This document shows positions 13,125 through 26,145 of a stretch of 64,000 nucleotides of DNA, one piece after another. Position 1 is the first letter of the stretch; every line of letters begins with the position of its first letter. A program made the position numbers and the translations under genes. Under the pieces are notes generated by a model. It worked only from the letters and a program-made list of their open reading frames with translations, had not been told where the DNA came from and searched no databases. Source of the DNA: Octopus sinensis (taxonomy: Eukaryota); contig NC_043004.1 in the NCBI RefSeq assembly GCF_006345805.1, positions 38,502,001-38,566,000 on the forward strand, read 5' to 3'.

Positions 13125-13698
13125 ATATATATATATATATATGTATGTATATATATACATTAAATTAGAGATAAAACCTAGACAACTCAAACAGAGATAG
13201 ACATAAACCAAAACATAAAAAGTATTTCATTATTAGATTATAACTGTACATTATGTGTAAATTATTACTTAGTCAACGAGATATATAGATTGTTAAATAG
13301 TCATACGGTTCTTTTAAGATAGGTTATACGTCTATAATTTGCTTTTTAATCTTTAATTTTTTAATATATTTCATAAATATATTATATTAATATTTAACAT
13401 TTACGTAAGTAATAATGGACTAATTAATTTATTCATTTTTCATTATACGTCTATATATTTATTGATAGAATAAGTTTTAGAACTTCATTATTATATTTGT
13501 AGATAATAATTTAGTTATTATTTTTAAATATTTTATAATTATTAGATGTGTACTTAAATTTAAAAATATGAATAGTGATTATTTTGTTAAATAATTTGGT
13601 AATTAGATATTGGACTATAACTGAGTTAAGGATATTCGTGAGTTTATTATGTTTTTTTAAAGCCATATTATATCTTAATAGATAAATACATTTTTCTA

Positions 13699-14301
13699 TC
13701 TATTTTTTTACCTTAAAAATTAATATTTAACATAATAAATGGGTTGTATGACATAATCCTAATGTTTTAAGTTTCTAATTTAGATAATAGAGTTTTTTAT
13801 AAGAAAAAATATTATTTTATTTATTTCTTAAACAATATTGTTTAACTCTATTTGCTTATTTATTTAACTATTATCATTAACCTGAAGATTGACTATAATT
13901 TTAATTCGAAATTTTAATTGAATTTAAACTTAATTGTAATTTGAATTGAATAGCCATGAAATGTACGTAGTGTTTTTACTTATATTATATTTAACTTTTT
14001 TATACTTTTTGGTTAGTTCTATATAAAAAAAACCCATTAAATTTAAAAGTTTAAAAATTAAAAAATATAAAAAATTAAAAATATAAATTTACAAATTTTA
14101 AATTTTAATAATTTAAATTTTAAATTATTATATTATATATTATATCAATTATATTTATTTTTGTTTTTTATGTTTTCGTTTATGGCTATAACTGTTTAAG
14201 TTGCCTAATAGTGGTTTTATCTCTAATTTAATTTATATTTATACAGTGAAATTTGATTTAATCCTAAATCTAATTTTCCCTGTAAGTTTGGATATACCCC
14301 C

Positions 14302-14350
<49 letters not shown>

Positions 14351-14373
14351 GTTATTATTATTATATATATATA

Positions 14374-14431
<58 letters not shown>

Positions 14432-14986
14432 CATAGATAGATATATAGGTATATAGATACATAGATACATAGATATGTATGTATGGATGGATGTAATGTA
14501 TACATATGTACATAGTTCATGCGCATATACGTATATGCATAGATACATACATACATACATACATACATACTTACATACATTGTGTGTGTATGTGTGTGTA
14601 TGTGTTTCTCTATAAATATTTGCAAGACTAAATATCGAATATTTACTTTGATTCCATAATATAATAATTAGCATTTTCATCTGGTTTATCGGAAACTGAT
14701 CCCTGTGTAGAATAGGAGTTTTTCATTGAAAACCAGTCATGCAACATACAAATGTTGAATTGTTGGACTAGATTACATTGAAAGATGCATAAATTAGTAT
14801 CTATTTTGGGACTTGTACACAGCTATTTTGATATATATGACATTTGAGATTAACAATAGATTGGACGTTGTAACAACTATGCACTTTTAACAGCCATACA
14901 AGTGTGGCGATAAATTTTACTTGCTACCGAGGTCACTACTCTCATCATCTATTAAGATTTTGCAACTAGCCATTAGCTACATTGGT

Positions 14987-15054
<68 letters not shown>

Positions 15055-15196
15055 ATATAAGCAACAAGTATATCCAAACATACTGCAGTAGAACCGTTTC
15101 AAGCAACTCCATTTAATCGAAATTTTATGGATAATGCCGTACTAAATTCTGGTGCCTCAAATTAAGTACCATATTCATCTGAGTATATATAAAAAT

Positions 15197-15240
<44 letters not shown>

Positions 15241-15366
15241 ATATATATATATATATATACATACATACATACATATATACATACATACATACATATATAT
15301 ATATATATATGTATGTATATATACACATTAAGATATTAAGATACAGAATATAGAGAAATAACGTTA
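13699..15366 (+). repeat. Direct duplication, copy 1 (about 1.65 kb)
   Basis: About 95% identical to 18036-19585. The two copies directly flank the LINE at 15367-18045. Confidence 0.9.
13878..13973 (+). ncRNA. Decayed hammerhead ribozyme, paralogue of 11555-11658
   Basis: CTGAAGA-TTGACTATA...ATAGCCAT-GAAA-TGTACGT-A. Stems II and I are partly mismatched. Confidence 0.55.
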
Positions 15367-18045
15367 TTATATTTTTATTTATTTATTTATTAATTTATTT
15401 ATTTTTATCTAGTTTCAACTCACAAGCCGTGGCCATGCTGGGGCACCACCATTTGGTGTTGCTACATGATTTTACTTCACGAATGCTTTTTAGTAATTGC
15501 CATTTGGTGCATGAGAGAGTTCGATGCAGCTGCCCTCATCTGCACCTCCTGCCGTGAAGTTGGTTCATCTGGGATACCTGACTAGAAGAGATCCAGTTTC
15601 ATTTTAAAGACATCTGTATCCACCCCATGCAGGTTCTTCGGGAGGATATTGAAGAGCTGTGGGCCTCGGAAGCCCAGGCTATCACAGTATCTTGTCCTAC
15701 ATCTTGATGGCAAATTTGGAGTCCTTGGCACTATGCAGTGGCGCCCAGTTCTGGCATTTGTGTAACTCCCGATGCCAAAGTTTGGGACAAGTCCTTCTAG
15801 GATCTTCCAGATGTATATTATGGCATATCTTTCTCGCCTACGCTCTAAGGAATAGAGTCTCAATCTCTTGAGTCTTTCTCAATAGCTTATATGCTGCACA
15901 GAGGCTATCTTCTTCGTGTAGCTTCGTTGGATCGCCTCAAGTTCTGTGATTAACTTGACACTGGATGGTGACCATAGTTGAGAGCAATAGTCAAAGTGAC
16001 TTAGGACAAGTGTCCTCCAGAGGAGGACCATCATGGTTTCCTGGTCTCTTGTTCTGAAGGTTCTAAGAATCCATCCGGTCAGCCGCCTACATTTCATTAC
16101 CAATTTAACAACATGCACATGAAAGGTTGCATCATCACTCATGTAAATACCCACGTCTCGCACTGATTGTGCCTCTGGGATTGCAGTCCCTCCAGGTCCA
16201 GTGTATTTATTGGGTATTGCATTTAGTTTTGCGTGCTGATAGCATAGAGCTTGAAACTTTTCAGCATTGAACTGCATGCTATTCTTTTCAGCCCACTTGT
16301 ATATTTTGTCCAGCTCACATTGCAGGTGCTTAGTGTCTTCAGGGTTCTGTATTGCCTGTGAAACTTTTGTATCATCTGCATAACATGTGATCGTGGCTCT
16401 CTGCGTGGCTGAGGGCGTGTCTGAGAGGGCCATTATGAACAGCAGTGGTCCCAAAACAGTGCCCTGCGGAACACCGCTCACTATTTGCGTGTTAATGGAA
16501 GTGGCCCCATTGGCTACTACCACCTGACTTCTATCCTTCAGAAAGTCATGAAGCCACTCTCCCAATTGTCCAACTATGCCAAGATCACGCAGTTTGTGAC
16601 ATAGCATTCCATGATCGACTTTATCAAAGGTCTTTGCAAAGTCGAGATATATGACTTCCACATTTGAGTGGTTGAGCAGTCGTTTCAGCACATAATCATT
16701 GTGTTGTAGGAGCTGAGTTAAGCAGCTTCTACCTGGTCGGAAACCATGTTGGGTGTCAGGCAGCAAGTCATTTTCTTCAAGGAAGGTGATTAGTTTCCTT
16801 CTGACTATTCGTTCCATGACCTTGCTGATGTGTGAGGTCAGAGAGATAGGTCTGTAGTTCTTGGCCTCCGCTCTGCTACCTCCTTTATGAATAGGGCATA
16901 TTTTACCTTCCTTAAGTTTTCTTGGAAGTTTGCCAGTTGCAAGGAAGCTCTGAAAGAGGAACTGCAGTGGTCTTGCTAGGACTCTCTTACATACTTTTAG
17001 AAGGATTGCTAGGAATCCATCTGGGCCAGTAGCTGAGTTTGTTTTCATTTCATCAATAGCCTTTATTACATCGTCTTCCTTTATATTGATGTAATCAATC
17101 ATTACTGCGTCCGATTATATATCTGCAGTGGTAAAGAAGTCAGTTGGATTGCTGACTTAAAAATGCCCTAGTGGTGGCGTGAAAATACTCTTGAATTGCT
17201 CATTTAGTATTTCACTTACCCTCATTGGATTTCCTGTGAGTGTGCCATCCTTTTCAAGGAATGGCCCTATCCTACAGTGCACCGTAGCTGTTTCTTTGGC
17301 ATATCTGTTGAAAGCTCTGGGGTTAGATTTTATGTTGTCTATAGCCCAGGCTTCTTTGTCTGCTCTTTCTTTTTCACGGGAGAGTTGCAGACATTTTTCA
17401 ATTTCCAACAGTTTTATTTTCAGGCGGGACTTTTCACTGCTTTCAATTTGTTTGTTTAGGCGATTTGAAACTTTTGTACGCCGTCTCATTAGAATTTTCC
17501 TCTCTCTGGGGATTTTGCTCTTGTGTACAGTGGCCTTTCTCTCTGGAACACATTTGTAGCATATGGCTTGCATTACAGACATGAATTGTCGATGTCTGTC
17601 GAGGATAGACATTCAGGCCAGTTTTGTTTGAGGATCTCTTTCTCAATTTGTTTCCAGTTTGCCTTATGGAAGTTCAAGCTGGAAAGATTCTGAGAGTTTC
17701 TTGTAGGCTACACGTCCATGCTTTCCTTTGGCCCGTACATGGTCAGCTCTACCATGTTGTGATCCGAGAGTAGTGTCGGTGTCACTTTCACATTATGGAT
17801 GAGATCCATATTATTTGTGAAGCAGAGATCCAGTATGTTGCCTGCCCTGGTTGGTTGGAGTATTACTTGCTCCATGTACAGAGTGTTGATGAGGTTCAGA
17901 AGGGACCTCGCCTGTCCTCGTTCACGTCGTGCCATTCCTGGGAGAGAAAGGCCCTTGGGCCATCTGACATTGGGTAGATTGAAGTCTCCCATAAGAAGTA
18001 CACTTATGTGTTGTTCTAATGTGACTAGAATTTCTTCTATTTTTA
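15367..18045 (-). mobile_element. CR1/L2-group LINE, 5'-truncated within the APE endonuclease, with (TAAA)n tail
   Basis: EN motifs GDFNLP, LDLCFTN, SDHN; RT motifs NYRPISLTS, QHGFR, YLDFAKTFDKVDH, SGVPQGTVLGPLLF, YADDTK; C-terminal LERRRERY. Confidence 0.92.
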
Positions 18046-18631
18046 TACCTTAAAAATTAATATTTAACATAATAAATGGGTTGTATGACATAATCCTAAT
18101 GTTTTAAGTTTCTAATTTAGATAATAGAGTTTTTTTAAAGAAAAAATATTATTTTATTTATTTCTTAAACAATATTGTTTAACTCTATTTGCTTATTATT
18201 TAAACTATTATCATTAACCTGAAGATTGACTATAATTTTAATTCGAATTTTAATTGATTTAAACTTAATTGTAATTTGAATTGAATAGCCATGAAATGTA
18301 CGTAGTGTTTTTTACTTATATTATATTAACTTTTTTATACTTTTTGGTTAGTTCTATATAAAAAAAACCCATTAAATTAAAAGTTTAAAAATTAAAAAAT
18401 ATAAAAATAAAAATATAAATTTACAAATTTTAAATTTTAATAATTTAAATTTTAATTATTATATTATATATTATATCAATTATATTTATTTTTTGTTTTT
18501 TATGTTTTCGTTTATGGCTATAACTGTTTAAGTTGCCTATAGTGGTTTTATCTCTAATTTAATTTATATTATACAGTGAAATTTGATTTAATCCTAAATC
18601 TAATTTTCCCTGTAAGTTTGGATATACCCCC

Positions 18632-18680
<49 letters not shown>

Positions 18681-18741
18681 TTATTGTTATTATTATATAT
18701 ATATATACATACATATATATACATATATATCTATCTATATA

Positions 18742-18808
<67 letters not shown>

Positions 18809-19585
18809 GATAGATTATATAGGTATTAGATACATAGATACATAGATATGTATGTATGGATGGATGTAATGTATACATATATTTACATAGTTCATGCGCA
18901 TATACGTATATGCATAGATACATACATACATACAATGTGTGTGTATGTGTGTGTATGTGTTTCTCTATAAATATTTGCAAGACTAAATATCGAATATTTA
19001 CTTTGATTCCATAATATAATAATTAGCATTTTTATCTGGTTTATCTGAGACTGATCCCTGTGCAGAATAGGAGTTTTTCATTGAAAACCAGTCATGCAAC
19101 ATACAAATGTTGAATTGTTGGACTAGATTACATTGAAAGATGCATAAATTAGTATCTATTTTGGTACTTGTACACAGCTATTTTGATATATATAACATTT
19201 TAGATTAACAATAGGTCGGGGTTTGTTACAACATATGTACTTTTAACAGCCATACTAGTGTGGCGATTCATTTTACTTGCTACCGAGGTCACTACTCTCA
19301 TCACCTATTGAGATTTTGCAACTAGCTATTAGCTACATTGGTCATATATATATATATATATATACATATAAGCAACAAGTATATCCAAACATACTGCAGT
19401 AGGACCGTTTCAAGCAACTCCATATAATCGAAATTTTATGGATAATGCCGTACTAAATTCAGGTGCCTCAAATTAAGTACCATATTCATTTGAGTATATA
19501 TAAAAATAAACATATATATAAATATATATATATGTATATATACAAATTAAGATATTAAGATCCAAAAAATGGCGAAGTAACGTTA
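18036..19585 (+). repeat. Direct duplication, copy 2
   Basis: Matches 13699-15366. Includes a second decayed hammerhead at 18215-18308. Confidence 0.9.
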
Positions 19586-19789
19586 CTTTAATTTCTTAAA
19601 CCTCAAAAATACAACATCCTCACAAACAGAAATCGGGGTTTATCCATTCTTTCCGTTCTCATAATTGCCTCGTTAATCCAATAACAACATTAAAAAGTAT
19701 GTGGCCCTTAAAACGTTTTGTTGTGAATTTACATAGAATACCAAACTGTCTTGTAGCGCATCTTGTTTTTAGGAATACCCAATAAGGTA

Positions 19790-20197
19790 TGAATACCTAA
19801 ATTGTGAAGTCAATTATGTAATAACATAAAATTAGTAACCCAATAGTAAGAATTCAAATAAAGTAGCCCAGAAAAAGGATTTTTGTGCGTTCACAGAGTA
19901 TATAGATTATAGGAGGAAATACTAAAATCGTGATGTATGTTACGTAATAAGTGGCAGATCAGATATGAGATAATAACAAAGTAATCAACTCTGAAAATGG
20001 CTTTTGCGCGTCCCCAGAGAATATTACCTTCAGCGGTGCTAGTGTTGGTATATTCGTGAATAAGTCACCAAACGAAGGAAGTAGATCTCTTGTTTAGGAA
20101 AATATTGTGAAAATAACTCTAACAGTTTAAACACTATGAAATTAACATATTCAATTACATGTTTATAAATTTAGGAAAATGAATGGGTTATATCCCT

Positions 20198-20228
<31 letters not shown>

Positions 20229-20603
20229 GGATATCCTCCAGGTGCGATCAGGTCATTTCCCTTGCTTTTTAAACTAAAATATATTAGATGTATACAAGGA
20301 TACATTTTAGGTGCCCTATAATTGATTTTTTCAAGAATATGAGTTTGGCATGAGGTTTCCAGTCTTGGTTTCTACTCACGTGTCAGGTTTCATCAAAATT
20401 GATACAATGATGTAGAAGAATTTAGCTAACAACACCACAAACACACACAGAGAATTACCACAGAGAGATTTATGTACATATATGTAGGTATAGATAAATC
20501 TATATGTATGTATAAGTATACATATGCGTATATTTAATGCGCAGGTACATACATGCAAACATACTACATTGTTTGTGTATGTGAGTGTTTTCTGATTATC
20601 TGA

Positions 20604-20610
<7 letters not shown>
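19790..20610 (+). repeat. Older paralogous unit (about 80% identity) also at 12450-12960 (+) and 58010-59040 (-)
   Basis: Shared motifs such as TTAGGAAAATATTGTGAAAATAACTCTAACAGTT and CTACTCACGTGTCAGG. Confidence 0.8.
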
Positions 20611-20650
<40 letters not shown>

Positions 20651-20750
20651 ATATATATAATATATATATATTATATATATATATACTATATATATATAAA
20701 ACTGAAATGCGTTTGTTTGTTTGTTTGATGACTCGACCGCTGGATCGTTT

Positions 20751-20850
20751 NNNNNNNNNNNNNNNNNNNNNNNNNNNNNNNNNNNNNNNNNNNNNNNNNN
20801 NNNNNNNNNNNNNNNNNNNNNNNNNNNNNNNNNNNNNNNNNNNNNNNNNN
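20751..20850. other. Assembly gap (100 N)
   Basis: Run of N. Confidence 1.
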
Positions 20851-22671
20851 GCGTGTGTATTTGTGTTATTCTAAGGCCGTGGTAGATATGTCGTTTGTCG
20901 TAGATGCCTTCAAAAGGGGTCTGTATTTTGTAATAAAGAGAGAACACTGATCCCTCAATTAAATAGTCGCATATCCCACAGTTGGGTCTTACGCATTTTT
21001 TTTTACTGCCGACTTCTGTGTTGTTGAGCGTATTCGGGCTTGTGTTAGGAGACTTTTCATAGATTTGGGCTGTCTCTTGCTTTTTATAATGGTTTGTGGT
21101 TGGAGGATTAAGTTCATTCTGTGGTCCTTTTTTAGCAGAGGTATGTTTTAGAGGATGGTGTCGAAGGCTTCATTGTTGAGAGTATTGTATGTGGAGATGT
21201 ATGGTAGGGCTTTTGGTTGTAAATTTTTCTTTAATTTGGGATGTCTAAGTTCCTGGATGTTGAGTTGAAAAGATATGTCACTTAGTGAAGGTCGGTAGTT
21301 CCTGGTGATGAGCGTATACTTTAGTTCATGTAGTCGTGTGTCTCTGGTGTTTGCATTAGAAACTATAGTACATATCCTTTTTGCTAGGTTGAAGGGGATA
21401 TTCACTCTGGTGTGTCTGACGTGGTATGAGTTGAACTATAGATATTGCTTGGACTCCGTAGGCTTATAGTATATATCTGTTTCTATTACGTTGTTAGATT
21501 TCTTAATGAGGATGTCGACGTAGGGAAGTTGTAGCTGGCTATATTGCATCGTCAATTGAATGTTAACGTCAAGTCTATCTAAAAGTGCTTGGAATTCTTT
21601 AAGTTTCTCTATATTTCATGCCAAAGAATGAAACAGTCATCTAGGTATCTCTTCCATATATTTTCTATGCAGAGGGAGAATGGGCTGCCGTATCTTTCTA
21701 GAACCTTACGATAAAGACAAATCTCTAGATATCCCGTGACTAGGTTAGCAAATGAGGGCCATTCGCGTAGCCATCGTAGTCCACGATTGTTGTCAGTAGA
21801 AATTGTCTTTGAAGGCGAAGTAGTTATTTTCCAGGATGAATTTTAGCCCTTCTATCACGAATTCTTTTTTGATACGATGTAGGGGTTCGTTGGCGTAATT
21901 CTCTAGCCAGAACTGAATTGCCTCTATTCCTAGGTTGTGGGGGGTATTGGAATAGAGGTTGACTACATCGAACGATACTAGTAGGGTGTTTTTGTTTATT
22001 GTTTTAAGGTGATTGAGCACATCCAGGTCATCCCTTATATAGCTTTTGACATGCTTGGGGAATTGTTTTAAGAGGGTATATAAAAAGTTACTGAGGCGGT
22101 GGATTTCGCATGCGGGACCTGCTATTATAGGTCTCAATTTGAGGTCATTAGGAGTTGGGACTGTAATTATTATGTCTGTGGCTATCTTGCATGCGTTACT
22201 TATTTTCTCACTTTTGTGTATCTTGGGAATACTGTAGAATTGGCTGGTTTTACGTTTGAAATTGGTCATATAGTCATATTCTTTGTTGGTGAGCCCTTCT
22301 TTGTATAGGTTTAACATGGATTTTAGTTCTCTCATTATTTCCTGCTGACTGTAGTGTTGGGCCTTTTCATAATATGTTGTGTCTTCGAATATGGACAGTA
22401 CTAAAGTTATATAAAATACCGTGTCCATTAAGACAACTGCACTCCCTTTATCAGCCTCTTCGATTGTTATTGTTTTGTCATCTTTTAATTTGTTCAGATC
22501 ACCCCATTCTTTTTTGCTGAAGTTTGGTTTGTGTTTTTGTTTGTGCATGTGTTGATATGGGTAATTCGAGATGTGTTCACAGAAATGATCAAGAGTTTTG
22601 TTCTTACATTTTGAGAGGGTGTAGTTACTTCTATTTCGAACCAACGATTCGTCCACGTTGTATTTGTCGTA
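20851..22671 (-). mobile_element. Penelope-like element (Neptune type), left-arm copy; 5' end and GIY-YIG domain deleted
   Basis: PLE RT motifs EADKGSAVV, PKIHK, LRPIIAG, VSFDVVNLY. Mirror of 52086-54180. Confidence 0.9.
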
Positions 22672-23522
22672 TTTGATATTTGGTTGTTAATTATGGTGGG
22701 AGACATTCAACCGTTTTTTGGGCTTGATCTGCTCACATGTTTGTTTGGTAGTGCTCCGAGTGACCCTACAACTCCTGGAATGTTCATTATCATTATTTTG
22801 TTATATAGGTTTGTGAAAGAATTTTTTTGTATCCGTTTGCCCGTGTGTTTTTTTTTCGGTGTTATCATTGGGGGGTTTAATGAGGGCTTTAAGTATTATG
22901 TCTAGCAAGCAAGCCCTTTCGAATGGCCTTACGATATTAATTTTATTTATATGGCTATATAAGGTTAATTTACACCTGTTACTATCAATTATTTGTGTTG
23001 CCCTCGATAATAATAACAATATTAATATGTATATAAATATTCGCTCCTGAATATTTGCTCCGTATTGATACTTTATACACTGAGGCTGCTGTGATTTGGC
23101 GCAAAACAATTCAAAGGGCGAGCAGATTTAGTAGTAGAAGTAGTAGTTTGGGAAGATTTTTCCATATGGTCGACCCGTGGTGATGAATGCAAGATTTATG
23201 TCAAACTACAAATCAATCCATCTGTATACTAATATCAAGGAAGAAATAGCATTCTGCTTTATAGGTATGTGAAGGAATTTTTTTCGCTCCGTTTGCCAGA
23301 ATACTGTTGTTTTCTGTTGTTATTTTCAGTGTTATTATTGGTGGTTTGATGAGAGTTTTAACTCTTATCTCTAGCAAGCAAGCACATTCCTGTGGCCTTA
23401 TGATATGAATTTTAATTCTATGGCTATATAATGCAAATTTAGGCCTGCAACAATGTATATTATTATTACTGTCTGTTATCAATAATAACATTAATAATAT
23501 CTCTATAAATATTAACTCCTGC

Positions 23523-23525
<3 letters not shown>
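22672..23525 (+). repeat. Segment with two diverged ~460-bp-spaced tandem units, mirrored at 45085-45939
   Basis: Units share TCTAGCAAGCAAGC and TATGGCTATATAA. The inverted copy in the right arm is about 97% identical. Confidence 0.85.
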
Positions 23526-23561
<36 letters not shown>

Positions 23562-23562
23562 T

Positions 23563-23652
<90 letters not shown>

Positions 23653-23660
23653 CACATATA

Positions 23661-23706
<46 letters not shown>

Positions 23707-23708
<2 letters not shown>

Positions 23709-24820
23709 TAGCAGCATAGCCTGGCGTTGCCCGGGTATGTAAGAGCCCCTAGTAAGCAACGACTAATCCCAATCTAGTCCTTTCCCTCTAGGGAACGAAG
23801 GCGCATGTGTAGGTTGCAATGTCTTCTCTTCACTACCAAATAACTATCAAACAGCTATCGATAATTCAACCCAACCAATTCCTACCAGGAAGAAATTACA
23901 TTCGAGACTTTACCCCCAACATCGCCACTTCTGCTAATAGCTGCTGCAGCCGCAAGTTATTCGAATACTTTTTTTGTTTAAACTTTCTTTATAACTACCA
24001 CCCCAAACGTTTTACCTTAAATTTTTGACGTACCCTAAGGGTCCTCGGACGCTACTTGCAAACTCTTGGTTTATTATAAACCGCTTTTGTCGTGTGCACC
24101 AAAAAACCTTTTCCATTCGTTTGTTCAGTTTGGTCACTTTTGACTTTTTCGTTGTTGTCACTCACATTGCTGCCCGCTTTTTTGCCGTTTTTGTACATTT
24201 TTATACATTTTGGGATACTTACCCCACGTGTTCCGAGAGTTAAAAACGTCGAGTTGGTTTGTGTTTAATACACAAATCGGTTTGCTATGTGTGCCATATA
24301 TGATTTAATTAACCGATTTTTTCCAGTAATAAAGTATCCTATTGGAATAAAAAGGGCCATATAGCTCCTTGGAGCAGACATGATGCTCGCTGTGAATTTC
24401 AAAAAAAAAAATCCTGCCAATTTGTGAAAGATATTGTCGAAAATATGTCATCTTGAATTTGAACGCGGTTTCCCAAAATGGCATGGTTTTATCGATTTTT
24501 TTCTGATGGTAAGGTATTGCATGGAAAACTAACGTCATGGGTTTGGTAAAATTCGATTGCAAGTTGCGAAAACTACAACAGAAAATGTGTTGCATCTAAA
24601 AAGCTTAGATTCTCGACCCCATGTCGAATTTATCGATTATTTTTCAGAACAAGGGGAACTTTTCAAAATTTTCACTGCGTTAGTTTTGAATTATGACATT
24701 GGGCTATGTGTGTGTCAAGTTTCATCAGAATCGGTTGAAAGCCGCGGTCAGGGTGAGGGTACAACCTGACAGACACACAGACACACAGACAGACAAACTG
24801 CCGTTTATATATATAGAGAT
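23707..24820 (+). mobile_element. Non-autonomous Helitron/Helentron-like (HINE/Lep1-style) element
   Basis: 5' CTAGCAGCATAGCCTGGCGTTGCCCGGG; 3' AAGTTTCATCAGAATCGG...(ACAG)n...TTTATATATATAGAG. Inserted in (TA)n and absent from the right arm. Confidence 0.55.
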
Positions 24821-24830
24821 ATATATATGA

Positions 24831-25143
24831 ATCAAAACAGTTTGATTTAAACTCCCTGGTTCTCTAAGTATCAAGCATGTAGCTAGTCTTCAGCCATTGA
24901 GTATGATTCAAAGTTCGCTTGAAGGGAGTCAATGTTTACTAGTGGACGTTAGCCTGTGAATCGTCGCTGAAATACCAGCATCAAACTTCCACACTGCGTG
25001 ATCTTTCTCGACAAATTACAGGCTAACGTCCAGCAGTAAACATTGACTGTCTTCAATCGAACTCTCATTTAGAGTGAATGGTCGAAGACTAGCTACACGC
25101 TTGAAACTCAGAATAACAAGCGTTTGAATTAAACTGTTTCGAT
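24831..25143. mobile_element. MITE with long imperfect TIRs (mirror copy at 40574-40876)
   Basis: ATC(A/G)AAACAGTTT...AAACTGTTTCGAT termini; internal symmetry extends over 100 bp. Confidence 0.7.
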
Positions 25144-25211
25144 CCTTATATGTAGCTCCCAGTAATTGTCTTGATTACCCTTCTTTCGTTTGCATACTCA
25201 CTCTCATATAT

Positions 25212-25290
<79 letters not shown>

Positions 25291-25470
25291 TTATTACATA
25301 TTTGGGATATTTACCGATAGATAAGCACCTCCTATTTTAGGATAACCTCATGGTGTTGTATACGCAGAGAAAATTAAATCAAATACAATAATTAAAATAA
25401 CATAAATTAAAATTAGTTAAATAAATTCATCTTACCTGTTATTAATCTGTGGGGAAAGTGGTACTAGTAA

Positions 25471-25552
25471 TCGCTACACGTGTTTCTGTGCCGGTAGGGT
25501 GTGTATTAAGGTTATGCTTAATACATAAATCCACCAGTGCCTCGTCAGGCTA
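25471..25552 (-). ncRNA. Minimal type-I hammerhead ribozyme with canonical core
   Basis: On the minus strand: TAGC-CTGACGA-stem II (inner perfect hairpin TGTATTAAG/CTTAATACA)-GAAA-palindromic ACACGTGT-A-GCGA. The base of stem II is imperfect. Confidence 0.7.
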
Positions 25553-26145
25553 TGTATATTATTATGTACGGGTAAAAGTTGAAAATTAAAAGTTTAAAAT
25601 TATATTAAAAATAAGAATTACAAATATATTTTAAAATATTAAATACTTAATGTACATTAAAAATATATATTGAAAATGCTCTACCTAAGGAAAGTATAAC
25701 GATTAAATTAGAAACATGTAAAATCTTATAATATATCTAAATAAATATTATAGAGATTATATTATTTGTAATAATTTAGTGTAAATATACCCCTGTCAAT
25801 ACTAGTATAATAAAACATATTTTATGTCAGATGTTAGTTAATAGTCTAGAATAAAGACGAATTAATTAATACATAAAACTAGTTACGTTAGAAAATTAGT
25901 GAATATTCACTAATTTCAGCTTTATAAATTGCATAGTTGCTTACACATGTTTTTCCTTTATTTCCAGTTGGTTTGTGCGAATTTACTTTACTAAAATATC
26001 TTTATATGTTTCCGAAGTATTTTATGCAACTTATTTATATGATACGTAGCTGGTGCTTGAGTGACGTTTATCCTTTAAAAATATATGTGCTTGTCTGTAA
26101 TACTCCTTCATGCCCTGATTTGTGTGTTTTGTTTATATTTTGCAG

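Noticed and set aside
13190-14330. Possible mitochondrial insertion (NUMT) because of extreme AT content
   Set aside because: No recognisable mitochondrial gene, tRNA or rRNA. It carries a decayed hammerhead and behaves as a TE-like insertion.
26085-26145. MCLSVILLHALICVFCLYFA as an in-frame signal peptide (single-exon model)
   Set aside because: The right paralogue has a 1-nt indel in this T-tract, and the segment has branch-point, polypyrimidine and CAG features, so an intron is more likely. Not fully excluded for the left copy.
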